A DNA stretch of 64,000 nucleotides from Octopus vulgaris. Lineage: Eukaryota. Where the stretch lies: NCBI GenBank assembly GCA_951406725.2, contig OX597822.1, positions 81,406,001-81,470,000 of the forward strand, written 5' to 3'. Positions 27,662 through 40,786 of this stretch are shown here, one piece after another. The translations under genes were made by a program, and so were the position numbers. A model generated the notes under the pieces. The model had not been told where the DNA came from. It ran no database searches and saw only the letters and a program-made list of their open reading frames with translations. Numbering within the stretch: the first letter of the stretch is position 1; every line of letters begins with the position of its first letter.

Positions 27662-28018
27662 AGTAGCATGGCTTGCTAGCTGTCGATGCTTATTCGCCTT
27701 TGAAAGCATATATATTTCAAGTGAAATACATTCACTGATCTTTGAAATAGGAAATAATACGTTGTTACTTATTTTTCTATATATCGCGAGCTGACGCGAA
27801 CTACTGCTATCTCTAGCGGACAGCTTTCCACCATTGAGGATGATCACTATGGTCTCATCATTGCTAAAAGATGGTAGGAGTTCGCTCCTCTGCTCGCAAT
27901 ATATATCGGGTGCAGATTGAATCGATAACCAGCAGCAGGAGACGTCCTTCAGGATTTGAAAATGGTAGTAAATCCGGTTCCTACGGAACAGTCATGTTCA
28001 AGTGGTGATAAGCATTAC

Positions 28019-28058
<40 letters not shown>

Positions 28059-28149
28059 ATGAGTGTATGTGTGAGTGTGTGAGTGTGCGTATGTGTGTGA
28101 GTGTGTGCGTGAGTGTGTGTGTACAAGAGTGGGTGGGCGAATGAAAGAA

Positions 28150-28652
28150 AAGGGCACTCAACACATTTATTAGGAGTTACATGTATTATTCAAAACAGTT
28201 TGACTCGGATTCCGTGCTCCTTCAATTTTCGCAGGACATCTTCACTGGCAATTCCCCCAGCTGGCCCTTTGAAATACACGTGCCTGGTATTTAAGCACTG
28301 TGTTTCATATCACAGGACCGCAATCATTACAGGTATAAACCTGAACTTGTAATCTGGATAGAGTAACGGCAGATTATTCAATATTCCAGCATAGGTATTC
28401 TCTTTTTCACTGATCTTCCACTTTATGTTAACATCCGTTGGGCAGCTAATTTCCACAACTGTGCACAGTTTCCCTTCTCTATCCCAAATCATTATATCAG
28501 GTCTGTTGTGCTTACATTTTATTGAGGTCTTCACTGGAACATTCCACCAGTATTCCTTTTTATTATGAGTGGCTATGGCTTATTCCTTTGTCCTCAGGAT
28601 TATCCTTCCGACGGATTTCATTATAGCGTGTCCTAGCTACAACATCATGCTT
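28150..28652 (-). pseudogene. RLE-type (R4/Dong-like) LINE 3' fragment
   Basis: KHDVVAR, KCKHNRPDIMIWDREGKLCTVVEISCP and KFRFIPV: restriction-like endonuclease PD-(D/E)xK region. Confidence 0.8.
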
Positions 28653-29374
28653 CAGTATGTATGTATGTACGTATGTATGTATGTATGTATGTATGTATGT
28701 ATGTATGTATGTATGTATGTATGTATGTGTGTATGTATCGTTGTCTGTTCTCGTTTGCAAGCACTTCAGTTTGTTTCCTATTGAAGAAAATATCAGCAAG
28801 AAGAAATGTCAATCACTTGCGAAAAAATATTCAATTATCTCGTTTAATTAATTAATCACTTACTTAATCAATCAATCAATCAATCAATCAATCACAATAC
28901 ATTATTAAACCCTTGATCATGAATAAAGATTAAGTATTGAATAATGCAGACCTCTTGACCAGTTTATAGATATAATGTCGGCAACAGATTCAAGGAAGAA
29001 ATACATGGGGTAAGTTTTTTTTTGCTTTTGTTGTGTTTCGTTTTGTTTCTGTTGTTTTTTGTTTTGTTTTTGTTGGGTTTTTTTGCTTTTGTTTTTGTTT
29101 TTTGTTTTGTTTTGTTTTTAGTTCTGCTCGGTCTATCCTCTGTGGAAACTCCACATAGAAATAGGAAAGTAGACCCCATTTTGGTGAAGTGTTTCTTTGA
29201 GAGAAATTCAATTTGAAATTCAGTCAACACATCCCCAAGCTGCACTCACAAATTGAAGAGTCACACTTCAAAACTATATTTATTCCTGCCACTTCTTACC
29301 GCCAGTACTTCGTGCCGTCTAAGAACAATAAATGCCCATTAAAAGAACGTACTCCTAGATATACAAAACAAAAA

Positions 29375-29670
29375 GGCTGGCACGCCATCGGTTACGACGA
29401 AGAATGTTCCAGTTCATTTGCTCAGCGTAACAGCCAACTCGTGAAAGTAAAGTGCAAGTGACTGAACACTCCACAAACACGAGTACCCTTAATGTAGTTC
29501 TCATTGAGATTCAGTGTGACAAAGAATATGGCAAGGCTGGCCCTTTGAAATACACGTGCGACTCATTTTTGCCAGCTGAGTGGACGGGAGCAACGTGGAC
29601 GCTTGGAATAGAATTCGGGAGATTACGATCGTGGGGCGAGTACTCTAATCATTTTGTCATGCATCTTCAC
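29375..29670 (-). mobile_element. SINE family C-related copy
   Basis: TGGCACGCCATCGGTTACGACGA...GTGCAAGTGACTGAACACTCCAC...GGCCCTTTGAAATAC shared with 55155-55330. Confidence 0.7.
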
Positions 29671-30768
29671 AAGATATACAGATGCGTAATATGGAATGCG
29701 TTTGATCACAGATCTACTTGACCAGGCTGATCTGAGATTAAATAACAATAAAGAAAGACTGTAGTGAACGGTTGCTATTTATATGCTATTTACGTCTTGT
29801 GATAGCTAAGCGTATTAGCAACGAACACAACGCGATTGTGGGACAGACTTCAAAATAATGGCCCCTTAGATGGACGTCCCGCATCCTATCGGTTCGGCCA
29901 GCTGCAACATTTCCTGTTTTATGATATTGAGAGTGACTCCTGAAGAAACAGGGTTTTTTGGTACACTTTCTCCTACTTGAGAAAAGCATTATATGCAGTT
30001 GACGAAATATGAATTAGACGTTTCCTCACATTTAACACGGGTTAATCTGTTTCAAAGACTTTCTTCCTGTAGAATGCAACACCGGTTTCAATATAACACA
30101 GTCAGCCAGAAATTTCGTAAGTCTCGTATAGCAACACTATAGACAAGGAGCAAAACTACAGTTCTTCGTAGTATCTAATGCAATAAGCTCGTCCATTGTG
30201 GCGCTGTGATAATTGCTTAGAATTCGGTCAACCCAGAGGCGGAATTGACTTACAACTGAGAGCATTCTAGCCGTGACTATCTCTTCTTATTTTATCAAGA
30301 TGATGTCCATACAGAAATGCATTGTCCGATGTACGCTATTCCTGAGAAATTAAGGCCTGATTTAAGGGAAATTTAGTTACTATTTCTAGCGGCTTCAAGA
30401 ACCAGGTAGCTTATTCATTCGCGATGCCATTAATAGTTAAGTGCCTTTGAGGCCCCAGTGACAAGTATATGATAGGAACAGGAACTGTTAGCAGTTTGGT
30501 CCACAGAGTAAAAGCCTAAACTCCCGACCAGGAATGGCACACTGCTTCCTGGATGAAAGTGCACTAATTTTACCTCGCAGATATAATTTCAGTGGATCGA
30601 TATATTCCTCCACACATCGCCGCCATATATGGAAAGATCCATACATATATTTCCACATATTCACAACTAGATGCCATAAAGTAAAATACACACACACACA
30701 TGCACAAACATGCATATATATATATATACACACATATAAATGATTATATGTGTGTATGTGTATGTATG

Positions 30769-30799
<31 letters not shown>

Positions 30800-30806
30800 G
30801 TATGTA

Positions 30807-30864
<58 letters not shown>

Positions 30865-31332
30865 ATATGTATGTATATATATATATATGTATATGTATAA
30901 GCAAAAACAAAACGCGATACAAAAAAAATATAAAATATAAAAATAACGTGAAAAGCTAGGTTGACAAAGGAAGACTAAAGATTGGATAGAATGATGAGTG
31001 GTGGAACATTAGAGTAGAAATAAAACGAGAAAGGAAAACGCTGGTCCATTAGACTAAATAATGGGAGGAAATAAACGTCTCAAGGTCGGTAATGGCCGGT
31101 CAGTAGGAACAGAAAGACAGAAAAATAAAGACTAGAAAAATATTGAAATATGAACAAAGGCGCAACAGAAAAGCGAAGAAAATGGAGAAAAGTTAGAGGT
31201 AAAACGGAAATGGAAAAGATTCAGTGAAAAATGAGAATAAAAAATGAGAAATAAAAAAAAAGGAATGGAGATAAAAATATAAGCTATTGAAAGGAAAATA
31301 TGTGAAAGAAAGAAGAGATTGATAGCTTTCGT

Positions 31333-31430
<98 letters not shown>

Positions 31431-32029
31431 TAAATAAAGAGTGAGGGCAGATAGAGGTTATAGGTGAAAGTAGAGAAATTAGACACTGTATATGAGAGAG
31501 AGAGAAAAAGAAAGAGAAAAAGAGAGAGGGAGAAAGAGAGAAAGATTAGATTAGATTAGATGTTCTTAGGTCACTTTGTGACGTTTCGGGTGCTAAAACA
31601 AATTTATGAGAGCAATAAGTATGGTCGATGTGTATGTATATGTTCATATGTATGTATATAAATGTGTATGCATGTTTAATATATATGTGCGCGTGTACGT
31701 GTATGTGTATGTATCTGTGTGTGAGCGTGTATGTGTATGTATGTATGCGTGTATGCTTTTATGTATGAATTGTGTGTAAAGTGAATATTGTTTTTAGAAA
31801 AAGACTTAATGGCGAACTGCATTGGCTAAACTAATACAGACACAACAGCACATTCAGGCCAACATACGAACCTCAACACATGTACGCATATACAGTTTCA
31901 CATACTCACATGCATGTACACGCATATGTGTGTGTATGTGTGCTTCTATAAACACAATTTATATGCATATAAACACACACCAAAAAGTGTACTTGTTCGT
32001 ATACATACACATACACATACACACACTCA

Positions 32030-32130
32030 TCTATTATATAAAATCCGTTTTGTCTGTCTATGTGTGTGTCTTCTAGGATCTCGGGCATCCTCCATCCGAT
32101 TGCGTTCACATTTGATATGTAGATACCGGC
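32030..32130 (+). mobile_element. Possible Helitron-like 5' end
   Basis: A|TCTATTATATAAAAT..TGTCTGTCT...CCGATT..ATTTG pattern typical of small non-autonomous Helitrons; no matching 3' end identified. Confidence 0.35.
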
Positions 32131-32969
32131 GGCATCAGGGCGTGTATAAGTCTTGAAAAAAATACAAAAATCGATTCCAGGTGAGAATGCGATCGATAAA
32201 GCCGTAGAAACGTGCATTTGTACGCGCAAGTATATCAGTCGAAATCCGTCTTTTGCTGGTGTCGCAAATTTAGGTTAAATCAGTGTTTCTCAAAGGGGAG
32301 GCCTATGGGATGGTCGGACAAGTTGTTTTGAGAAAATTTGGTTTAAATGTTTGACAACTCAGCACCGTCCGTTGGACGAGGGGCGTTTTTCTCGTACACA
32401 TATATGCATACTTACACACACACACACATACATATGTATATATACATACATACATATTTAGATACATAGACACACACACATATACGTACCTAGATATATA
32501 AACGTACATAGAAATATATACAGAAATACCCGCACGTACACTCACACATACACACACACAAATACAAACAAAATGTACATATAGAAATATATACAGAAAT
32601 ACGCACACAAACACACACACATACACACACAAACATACACACACATATACACACACATAAATATATGATGCATCTGATTTTGGTTTTAAAGACAAGCAAG
32701 ATAGCCACGACGGCGATAAATGCACGAAGATGTTAACAGACTACACACAATCGCATATAGACATATACGCACATACATGCACCCACATACACATGCACAC
32801 ACATCTATCATTATCTCCGCAAGAATGGCTGTGTAGTTAAGAACCTCGCCTTGCAACCACGTTGTTTCGGGTTCAATGCCAATGCGCGGTAACTTCAGCA
32901 ATTATCTTCTTTATGCATATATACCTACATATCTACCTACCTACCTACATACATACATACATACATACA

Positions 32970-33003
<34 letters not shown>

Positions 33004-33127
33004 CATACATACATACACACATACAGACAGACAGACAGACAGACATACATACATGCATCAATGCATGCATACATACATGCATACAAGCTTACATACATGC
33101 ACACATACATGCACATATACATGCATA

Positions 33128-33655
33128 CATGATGGCCGTCCACTCGTGACCGAGGAAGAACCTTGCTGACCTTTAGGAACATTGTGCGCTCTAGGACTAG
33201 CTTATATTTTGCATTTGCGGCTCTGTTGGTGGCTAATGAGCCTTGTCCTGACAAGCATACATGACTGCAAACAGTGCAAACCAAGCTTTACCCATTCACT
33301 ATACCAGCATTGCACTTGCGAGAAGCACACTTAAAGTCTCTCAATGTGCTCTCTGAAAGGTGTTGACCCCTTCCTTAACCTGCTTCCTCCATCTGTGGCG
33401 ATGACAGGCATTGCTCTCCCAGTCAGCCTCCAGCATATCACAGGCTTTTAATGAAGACTTGACACAGTCCTCAAATCGCAGTCTTGGTTTCTGCCAGGGT
33501 CTCTTTCCACTAACAAGTTCCCCATATAGCATCTATTCATGGATCCTGTTATCCTCCATTCTAATAAGGTGTCCAGTCCAACATAACTGGTGCTTGCGCA
33601 CAATTGTCTCAATACTCAAGATATCAGCTGTCTTCAGGACCTGTGTGTCTGGTGC
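33128..33655 (-). pseudogene. RTE-clade LINE ORF C-terminus and 3' end
   Basis: VLKTADILSIETIVRKHQLCWTGHLIRMEDNRI..MLYGELVSGKRPWQKPRLRFEDCVK (BovB/RTE-like) followed by a CxxC remnant; flanked by (CATA)n. Confidence 0.85.
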
Positions 33656-33659
33656 ATAC

Positions 33660-34160
33660 GTACAGAATACATACATATATACATACATGCATGCATACAT
33701 ACACGCACGCACGCATGCACGCATACATACATACATTCCCACACACATACATGCATACATACAAACATGCATGCATACAAACATACATACCTACATACAT
33801 ACATGCATGCATACATATATACATACATGCAAGCATGCATACATGCATACATTCATAGATACATACGTACATAGCTACATACATACATGCATGCATACAT
33901 ATATACATACATGCAAGCATGCGTAAATACATACCTAGATACATACATAGATACATACATGCATGCATACATACATACCTAGATACATACATGCATGCAT
34001 ACATACATTTATGCATATATACATACATGCATACATACATCCATGCATACATGCATACATACATACACACACTACATACATACATACATACATACATACA
34101 TACATACATACATGCAAGCATGCATACATACATACTTATACACATTCATACCTACATACA
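33660..34160. repeat. Degenerate (CATA/CATG)n array
   Basis: Directly visible. Confidence 0.9.
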
Positions 34161-34515
34161 TATGAACGTAGAGTAAAAATTAGACATTATCGTAATGGTT
34201 AATGAATTTATGTGAAGCTGCGCTTTCATTCCGTCGCTGGCAAGTGTCATTAAAGGAATTGCTTTAATAAATGTTAGATTTTGGGTCTTCCATTCCTGAG
34301 TAACCCTATGGTCAAAGCTCTTCAATCTCTGACTATTCATCTTTTTCGTTCGATTACATTTAATACCCTATTCCAATGTACACAGCCTTTACTATGGCGA
34401 TAGAGTATGGAATGAGGCACATTTGCTTGCTATTTCTGGCGAGTCGAACGACCACATGCAAGCTCTTTCTATCCTGTTGATGACGATAACGATGTCGACT
34501 TTCAATTTGAGGAGG

Positions 34516-34610
34516 GTGATGATGATGATGACGATGATGATGACGATGATAATGATGATGACGATGACGACGATGACGACGATGATGACGACGATGACGA
34601 CGATGATGAC

Positions 34611-34642
<32 letters not shown>

Positions 34643-34980
34643 CGATGACGATGATGATGATGATGACGATGACGATGATGATGATGATAATGACGATGAT
34701 GATAGTGGTGATGATGATGATGACGATGACGAGGATGATAACGATGATGATGACGACGATGTTGATAGCGGTGATGATGGCGATGATGATGATGATGATG
34801 ATGATGATGACGATGATGGCGATGATGATGATGATGATGATGACGACGACGACGACGACGTCAGCGTGGAGAATGGTGGTGTTGTTGGTGGCAGTGGTGG
34901 TAAGGGTGGGTGGCGATGGCGGTGGCGGTGGTTGTGTTGGTGGTGGCGGCGACGGTGGTGAGTGAGACGGTGACGACCAT

Positions 34981-35012
<32 letters not shown>

Positions 35013-35200
35013 TCACGGCGTCAGCGTAGATAATGATGACAGCGATGGTAATGAGCAGGAGGATCTCGGCGAAGACGAAAGTGAGGAAAACGCCGACGAC
35101 GACGACGACGATGACGAAGGGCAAAGTGGGAATGGTGGAGTGATGATTGTGGTGATGGAGGAGGCGGTTGATTGCGGGGCGGGGCGGTGTTGCTGATGGC
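34516..35200. repeat. (GAT/GAC)n and (GGT/CAG)n trinucleotide-rich tract
   Basis: Directly visible; explains the poly-M/T ORFs. Confidence 0.9.
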
Positions 35201-35681
35201 GGTGGTGTTAATTATAAGCATTCTGCATTATCTGTTTTTTTTTTGTTCGTTTGGAATTGGAAATGTTTATATATTTCTATATTTATTTGATGCCAGCAGG
35301 CTTTTAGGCTTTTCTTCCAGCAAAATAACACTTCAAATCCTAGATAATGTTCTCCACATTAAGGTGAAAGCTAATGGAGAGTGATAGACAAACAGACAGA
35401 CACACAGACAGACACACAGACAGACAGACTGACTGACAAAACATGGCCTAAAAGATCCGAAGAACAAACACTATTTCAAACACTTAGAGACATACACACA
35501 TTCACACACACGCATTCATACATATATATATATATACATTAATGCATACATACATACTCACATGCACATACATGCATGCATACGTACTTATGTACGTACA
35601 TGCAAGCACACACAAGTGCATGAATATACACACATACATACACAAGCATACATACACACACATATGTACGTACATGCAAGC

Positions 35682-35740
<59 letters not shown>

Positions 35741-35943
35741 CATACATATATATGCACATACTTATACTTAGATATATATATGCATACACATACGAACATA
35801 CACACACATACATACATACACACATACATACCGAGATACATGCATACATACGTACGTACGTGCATACATACATACATACATACATACATACATACATACA
35901 TACATACATACATACATACATACATACATACATACATGCATAC

Positions 35944-36053
35944 AAAAAATACCCTGTTGTTGACGTTGAAATTCCAATAAAGGAGCCTTGGATCTAGGTT
36001 AGAAACCGATTCTTTCTCTATTGGCAGGAATCTTGAAATAAACTGAATAATGA
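35944..36053 (-). mobile_element. ~110-bp (TATG)n-embedded element, copy 2
   Basis: Reverse complement of 21651-21760, lying inside (CATA)n. Confidence 0.8.
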
Positions 36054-36677
36054 CATACATACACATACATACAAACTCCATATTTGATGTACCTATCTGG
36101 TAGTAAGTATTTAACTGACTCAGTCATAAAATACCAGGATTTTCAAAGAATGTAACCAGGTAACCCAAGATCTTCTTTACAAATGCTGTCTCTCTCTAAA
36201 CGGAGGCGTAATAGTATACAAGGTTTTTTTTTCTAAAGTTCGGTATGTGGGATTTATTGTTTTCGTTATCCAGACGACAGCGATAAAGGTTAGTTCCTCT
36301 CTTTAAAACGAACTCACAATTTGCAGGAAGAATTAAAATAATTATTATAGAAAAATACATAATACAGATATATACAAATTCATACGCACTGTATTAAAAG
36401 ATGAATGTTTTTTACCTGTGTTTATATTATTTATATATTGTATGTTACTTTATATAAATTTCCCTCAATCCTGTAAACAAATTGCAGAAGAGTTTTTTTT
36501 TATTTATTTCTTCATTCATATGATACTATTATTCACTGTAGCTCACTATCTAACCTTTATTTATTTATTTATGCAGCAATTATTACCCTGATTATACTTA
36601 CGTATTATCATTACCTACTAAAACAACCTATGACTCCCCTGACCCAGGTTTATACCAATATTAGCGATAAAATAATA

Positions 36678-36890
36678 TTGACTTTACTTGACTTGAGACA
36701 GCATTCACCCGGAGTGGGTTGAGCTGGCTTCATTCATCCTCAATGCTGTATCTCTCACAAACGCCGACCAGACCTGGCGATTTGAGGCTAACGACCGCGT
36801 GATCTCCAACCACTCCTTATTCCAGCCGCGAACGCCGTAGATATGAGGGGCCTAGTTTGGGTTCCAGATCAGCCTTGACTGTCATCAGTC
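36678..36890 (-). pseudogene. RTE-clade LINE 3' terminal fragment
   Basis: Minus strand TVKADLEPKLGP / WNKEWLEITRSLASNRQVWSAFVRD, then a (CAAGT)n-like tail. Confidence 0.7.
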
Positions 36891-37098
36891 TGCTGAGATG
36901 ATTCTGAAACACAACACCTTATAACCTAACGGTATATCTTTCTTCTATCATACTGATGAGATCCTGCCTAATATAATGGCTTAATAATTGCTATTTTAAT
37001 ATTTAAGTTTAAATTAAACAGCTGTAGGAGACTGTTGGAATTTTGCAGATAATAAATTTTTTGCTAAATGTTAAATCTCCGCTTTCTTAATTTTCATA

Positions 37099-37172
<74 letters not shown>

Positions 37173-37877
37173 GTATAAGTTAGAGGTGTGTAAAACGTCT
37201 AAGGGATGATTAAATCCAAAGGCGCTCCTGGTGATTACCTGCGTAGGTACAGTCCTTGGTAAAAGGTATACGGTAGCAAGTAATTCAGCGGATAAACCGT
37301 AGTTTAAATTATATGCAAGAAGAAAATGGAGGGAAAATAACAGGAAGAAGTTGTTCGTTTGCGCTAATTTCCTCCATTTTCTTCTTGCATATATATATAT
37401 ATTGTGTACATAGACAGGTACAGATATATCAAATACCACACAATAGAAATTCTTGATTGTCTTTAAAATTATCTCGGTCTCTTGAGGATGTACCATAATC
37501 ACCAAATAGCAATTACGATCGGCTCCAGTTGAGAAGGGGAGAAAATCTCAAGATGCAAAAATACTCCAAAAGTTAATAGGTCATTAAGGCTTAGTGTCAA
37601 GAGATAAGGGTCATGTAAATATGTTTGGAGCTGAATAAACGTCAACAGCAAGCCAATTGTCCAACTTATCTCCAGTTCTCAAAGGGCTTGGACTTTGAGA
37701 ACTGGAGACAGACAGACAGACAGACAAACTGACTGACTGACTGACTGACAGACAGACAGCTAATAATAAGAAACATAATTCTTGTATTCTGATTATAGAT
37801 TTTTCATTTATACTACATTGAGAGACAGACAAGTAGAAAGACAGGCAAACAGACAGATAGACAGGAGGAGGAGTAAG

Positions 37878-37918
37878 CGAAGAAGAAGAAGAAGAAGAAG
37901 AAGAAGAAGAAGAAGAAG

Positions 37919-37967
<49 letters not shown>

Positions 37968-38004
37968 GCAACAACAACAACAAGACGAACAAGAACAACA
38001 ATAA

Positions 38005-38053
<49 letters not shown>
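37878..38053. repeat. (AAG)n-(AAC)n-(ATC)n compound microsatellite
   Basis: Directly visible. Confidence 0.95.
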
Positions 38054-38054
<1 letters not shown>

Positions 38055-38489
38055 ACGCCAATAACCACAACAGGGTGTGCAGAAAATCAGAATGACTACC
38101 GCGAAGAATTCTATTCGACGCTTCAACGACTCTAATTTTCTGCGTTAGTGAATATCATTCTGTGCCGAATTCCGGACCGTTACATCACGTGTCATTTCAA
38201 AGATTATGAATTTATATATTTGATAGATAGATCAATGTTGGTGAAAAATAAGACACAGTAAAAAAACGATAAAGTCACCGAATATATTCTCTTAAATGTA
38301 CGTATTTCTGAATCAAAGTGTGGTGAAACTCAGCGAGCTCCCTCGACTTGCTAGAAATGATAGTCAAATCGCCCTCAATTCACACCTTGTTTATACATAC
38401 ATACATACACTCACACATACATACACTCACAGACACATACACTAACGCATACATACATATATGCATGGGTTAGGATTAGAGATAGGGCT

Positions 38490-38902
38490 AGGGAGTGGAT
38501 GTGTGGTAAGTAGCTTGCTTACCAACCACATGGTTCCGGGTTCAGTCCTACTACGTGGCACCTTGGTCGAGTGTATTTTACTATAGCCTCGGGCCGACCA
38601 AAACCTTGCGAGTGAATTTGGAAACGGAAACTGAAAGAAGCCCGTCGTATAGGTGCGTGTGTGTGTGTATGTATGTTTGTGTGTATGTGTGTCTGTGTTT
38701 GTCCCCCCACCATCGCTTGACAACCGATGCTGGTGTATTTACATCCCCGTAACTTAGCGGTTCTGCAAAAGAAACCGACAAAATAAGTACTAGACTTACA
38801 AAGAATGAGTCCTGGGGTCGATTTGTTCGACTAAAGGCGCTGCTCCAGCATGGCCGCATTCAAATGACTGAAGCATATTATAAGAGCTAAAGAATAAAAG
38901 AA
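38490..38902 (+). mobile_element. SINE family A, near full length
   Basis: Head, internal (TG)n and tail all present. Confidence 0.88.
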
Positions 38903-40017
38903 TATATTTAAAAACAGTTTGTCTCAGCTGCACATGGCACACAGTTTCGTGGGCACATAAGACAGGTCCATCTCATCAGATGCTAGGAGTAATGCGGGAG
39001 TTTTGAGAGAAATTCAAAATGGTTTGTACATGTTTACGCCTCTGTTAGTTAACTTAGGTCACGTGATGTTTATGCTACCAAAGCGACACCAGCTATTTGC
39101 TTTATTTCACATATGAAGCACCGTATATTTTGATAAAATAATATGCAATATTATTAGTAGAAACGGCCATACTCGTGGATGGTACAAGCTTCGTTTTATA
39201 CATAAGATTCGGCGCATTTTTATTGTTTGTTTTTTGCTTTATGGCAAAAAATCTGTTTTTTAAATAAATTTAAAATGTAGGAGAAATGAATAAATATAGC
39301 CGTATCCCAGCATGACTGAAAAAAAACGAAAAAGAAAATGAAATACACACACATACACATGAACACACATACAAGCACACACACAAACACACATAAACAC
39401 ACACAAACACGCACAAACACACACACACGCACTCATGCATATATAGTCAGGCAAGTCTTTCTTTCGCCCTTTCTCTCTTTCTCTCTTTGCGTATACAGAC
39501 ACACATTGCACGCACTCACACACACACACACTCACACACACACACACTCACACACACACAGAAATAAACAGACACCAAGCAGAGAGGGAAAAAAAGAAAG
39601 CTTCTTTTGGCTTTGTCTTATACGCCATCACCTTTTCTAAAGGCTTCTGACAGCCAAGTGTCCGACAATGTCTTCTTACATAATTATTCATTGTGTTTCA
39701 TGCAAAAACATGGCACAGTAAATTTTATTATTTCACTTTGCAGTTTCTTCCCTCTTTCTATCACTCTCCCTCTCTTTCTCTCTCCCCCTCTCTATTTCTC
39801 TCTCTCTCTCTTTCAAACTATCTCTCTATCTAAACTTAAGTTTCCCATATACCCATATATATTATCATCATTATCACCGCCATCATCATCATCATCATTA
39901 TTATTATTACCATTGTTATTATTATGTGTTAAAAACTCAGTTTATTTTGCTGGGTATGATGGAAAATATCAGCTGTGACACTTGTTTACTGGTCATGCTT
40001 CAAGAACTCTGCGAAGA

Positions 40018-40074
<57 letters not shown>

Positions 40075-40113
40075 GTTGTTGTTGTTGTTGTTGTTATTAC
40101 TATTATTATTATT

Positions 40114-40660
40114 GAGTAAGAGAGCAGTGCATACCATCAAAGGGACAAAGGGGTACAAATATACAAAGCACAATACACCCATCATGACTATCCGTTTGAT
40201 AAGGGTACACTAGGCACATGCATCACAACCATATGTGCGTGACATAGTGATTTCATATCAAGATAAACAGCGCATAACCTTGCACGTAAAGCCCAGCTGG
40301 AATTTTTTTCAGACTGAATAACCCATCCCGCTCAAAAGGTCCCTGAATAAGGGTTGTTTAAGGATTATGAACAAAACACCCATGATTCCAAAGGTAAGTT
40401 GTCCAAGCTCCAAAGAATTCCTCTCAATACATGGCTATAATGCTCCCCCAATACTTCTGCTCGTCATCAGAGATGCACATATCGTCAGCCACCAAGGGAC
40501 ATACTCAACTGGTTACGGTCAAACAACTGACAAACAAATCTGTGGCATTGAGCAGAATATTCGCTGTAGCCCATCTTTTATACCAAGTCAAAACAATGTA
40601 CATGATAACACTTCCAATCAGTTAAGATCAGAAGCCATGAGAGCCAGTGCCTGGTATTGC

Positions 40661-40662
<2 letters not shown>
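40114..40662 (-). mobile_element. ~550-bp non-coding (TAA)n-embedded element X, copy 1
   Basis: Homologous to 47437-47992 and 49554-49884, with (TTA)n on both sides. Strand inferred from the truncation of copy 3. Confidence 0.8.
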
Positions 40663-40717
<55 letters not shown>

Positions 40718-40738
40718 CATTATTATTATCATCATCAC

Positions 40739-40785
<47 letters not shown>

Positions 40786-40786
<1 letters not shown>

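Noticed and set aside
36870-36960. CTGATGA boxes on both strands
   Set aside because: The minus-strand one lies at the edge of the RTE coding fragment; neither has a downstream GAAA with stems.
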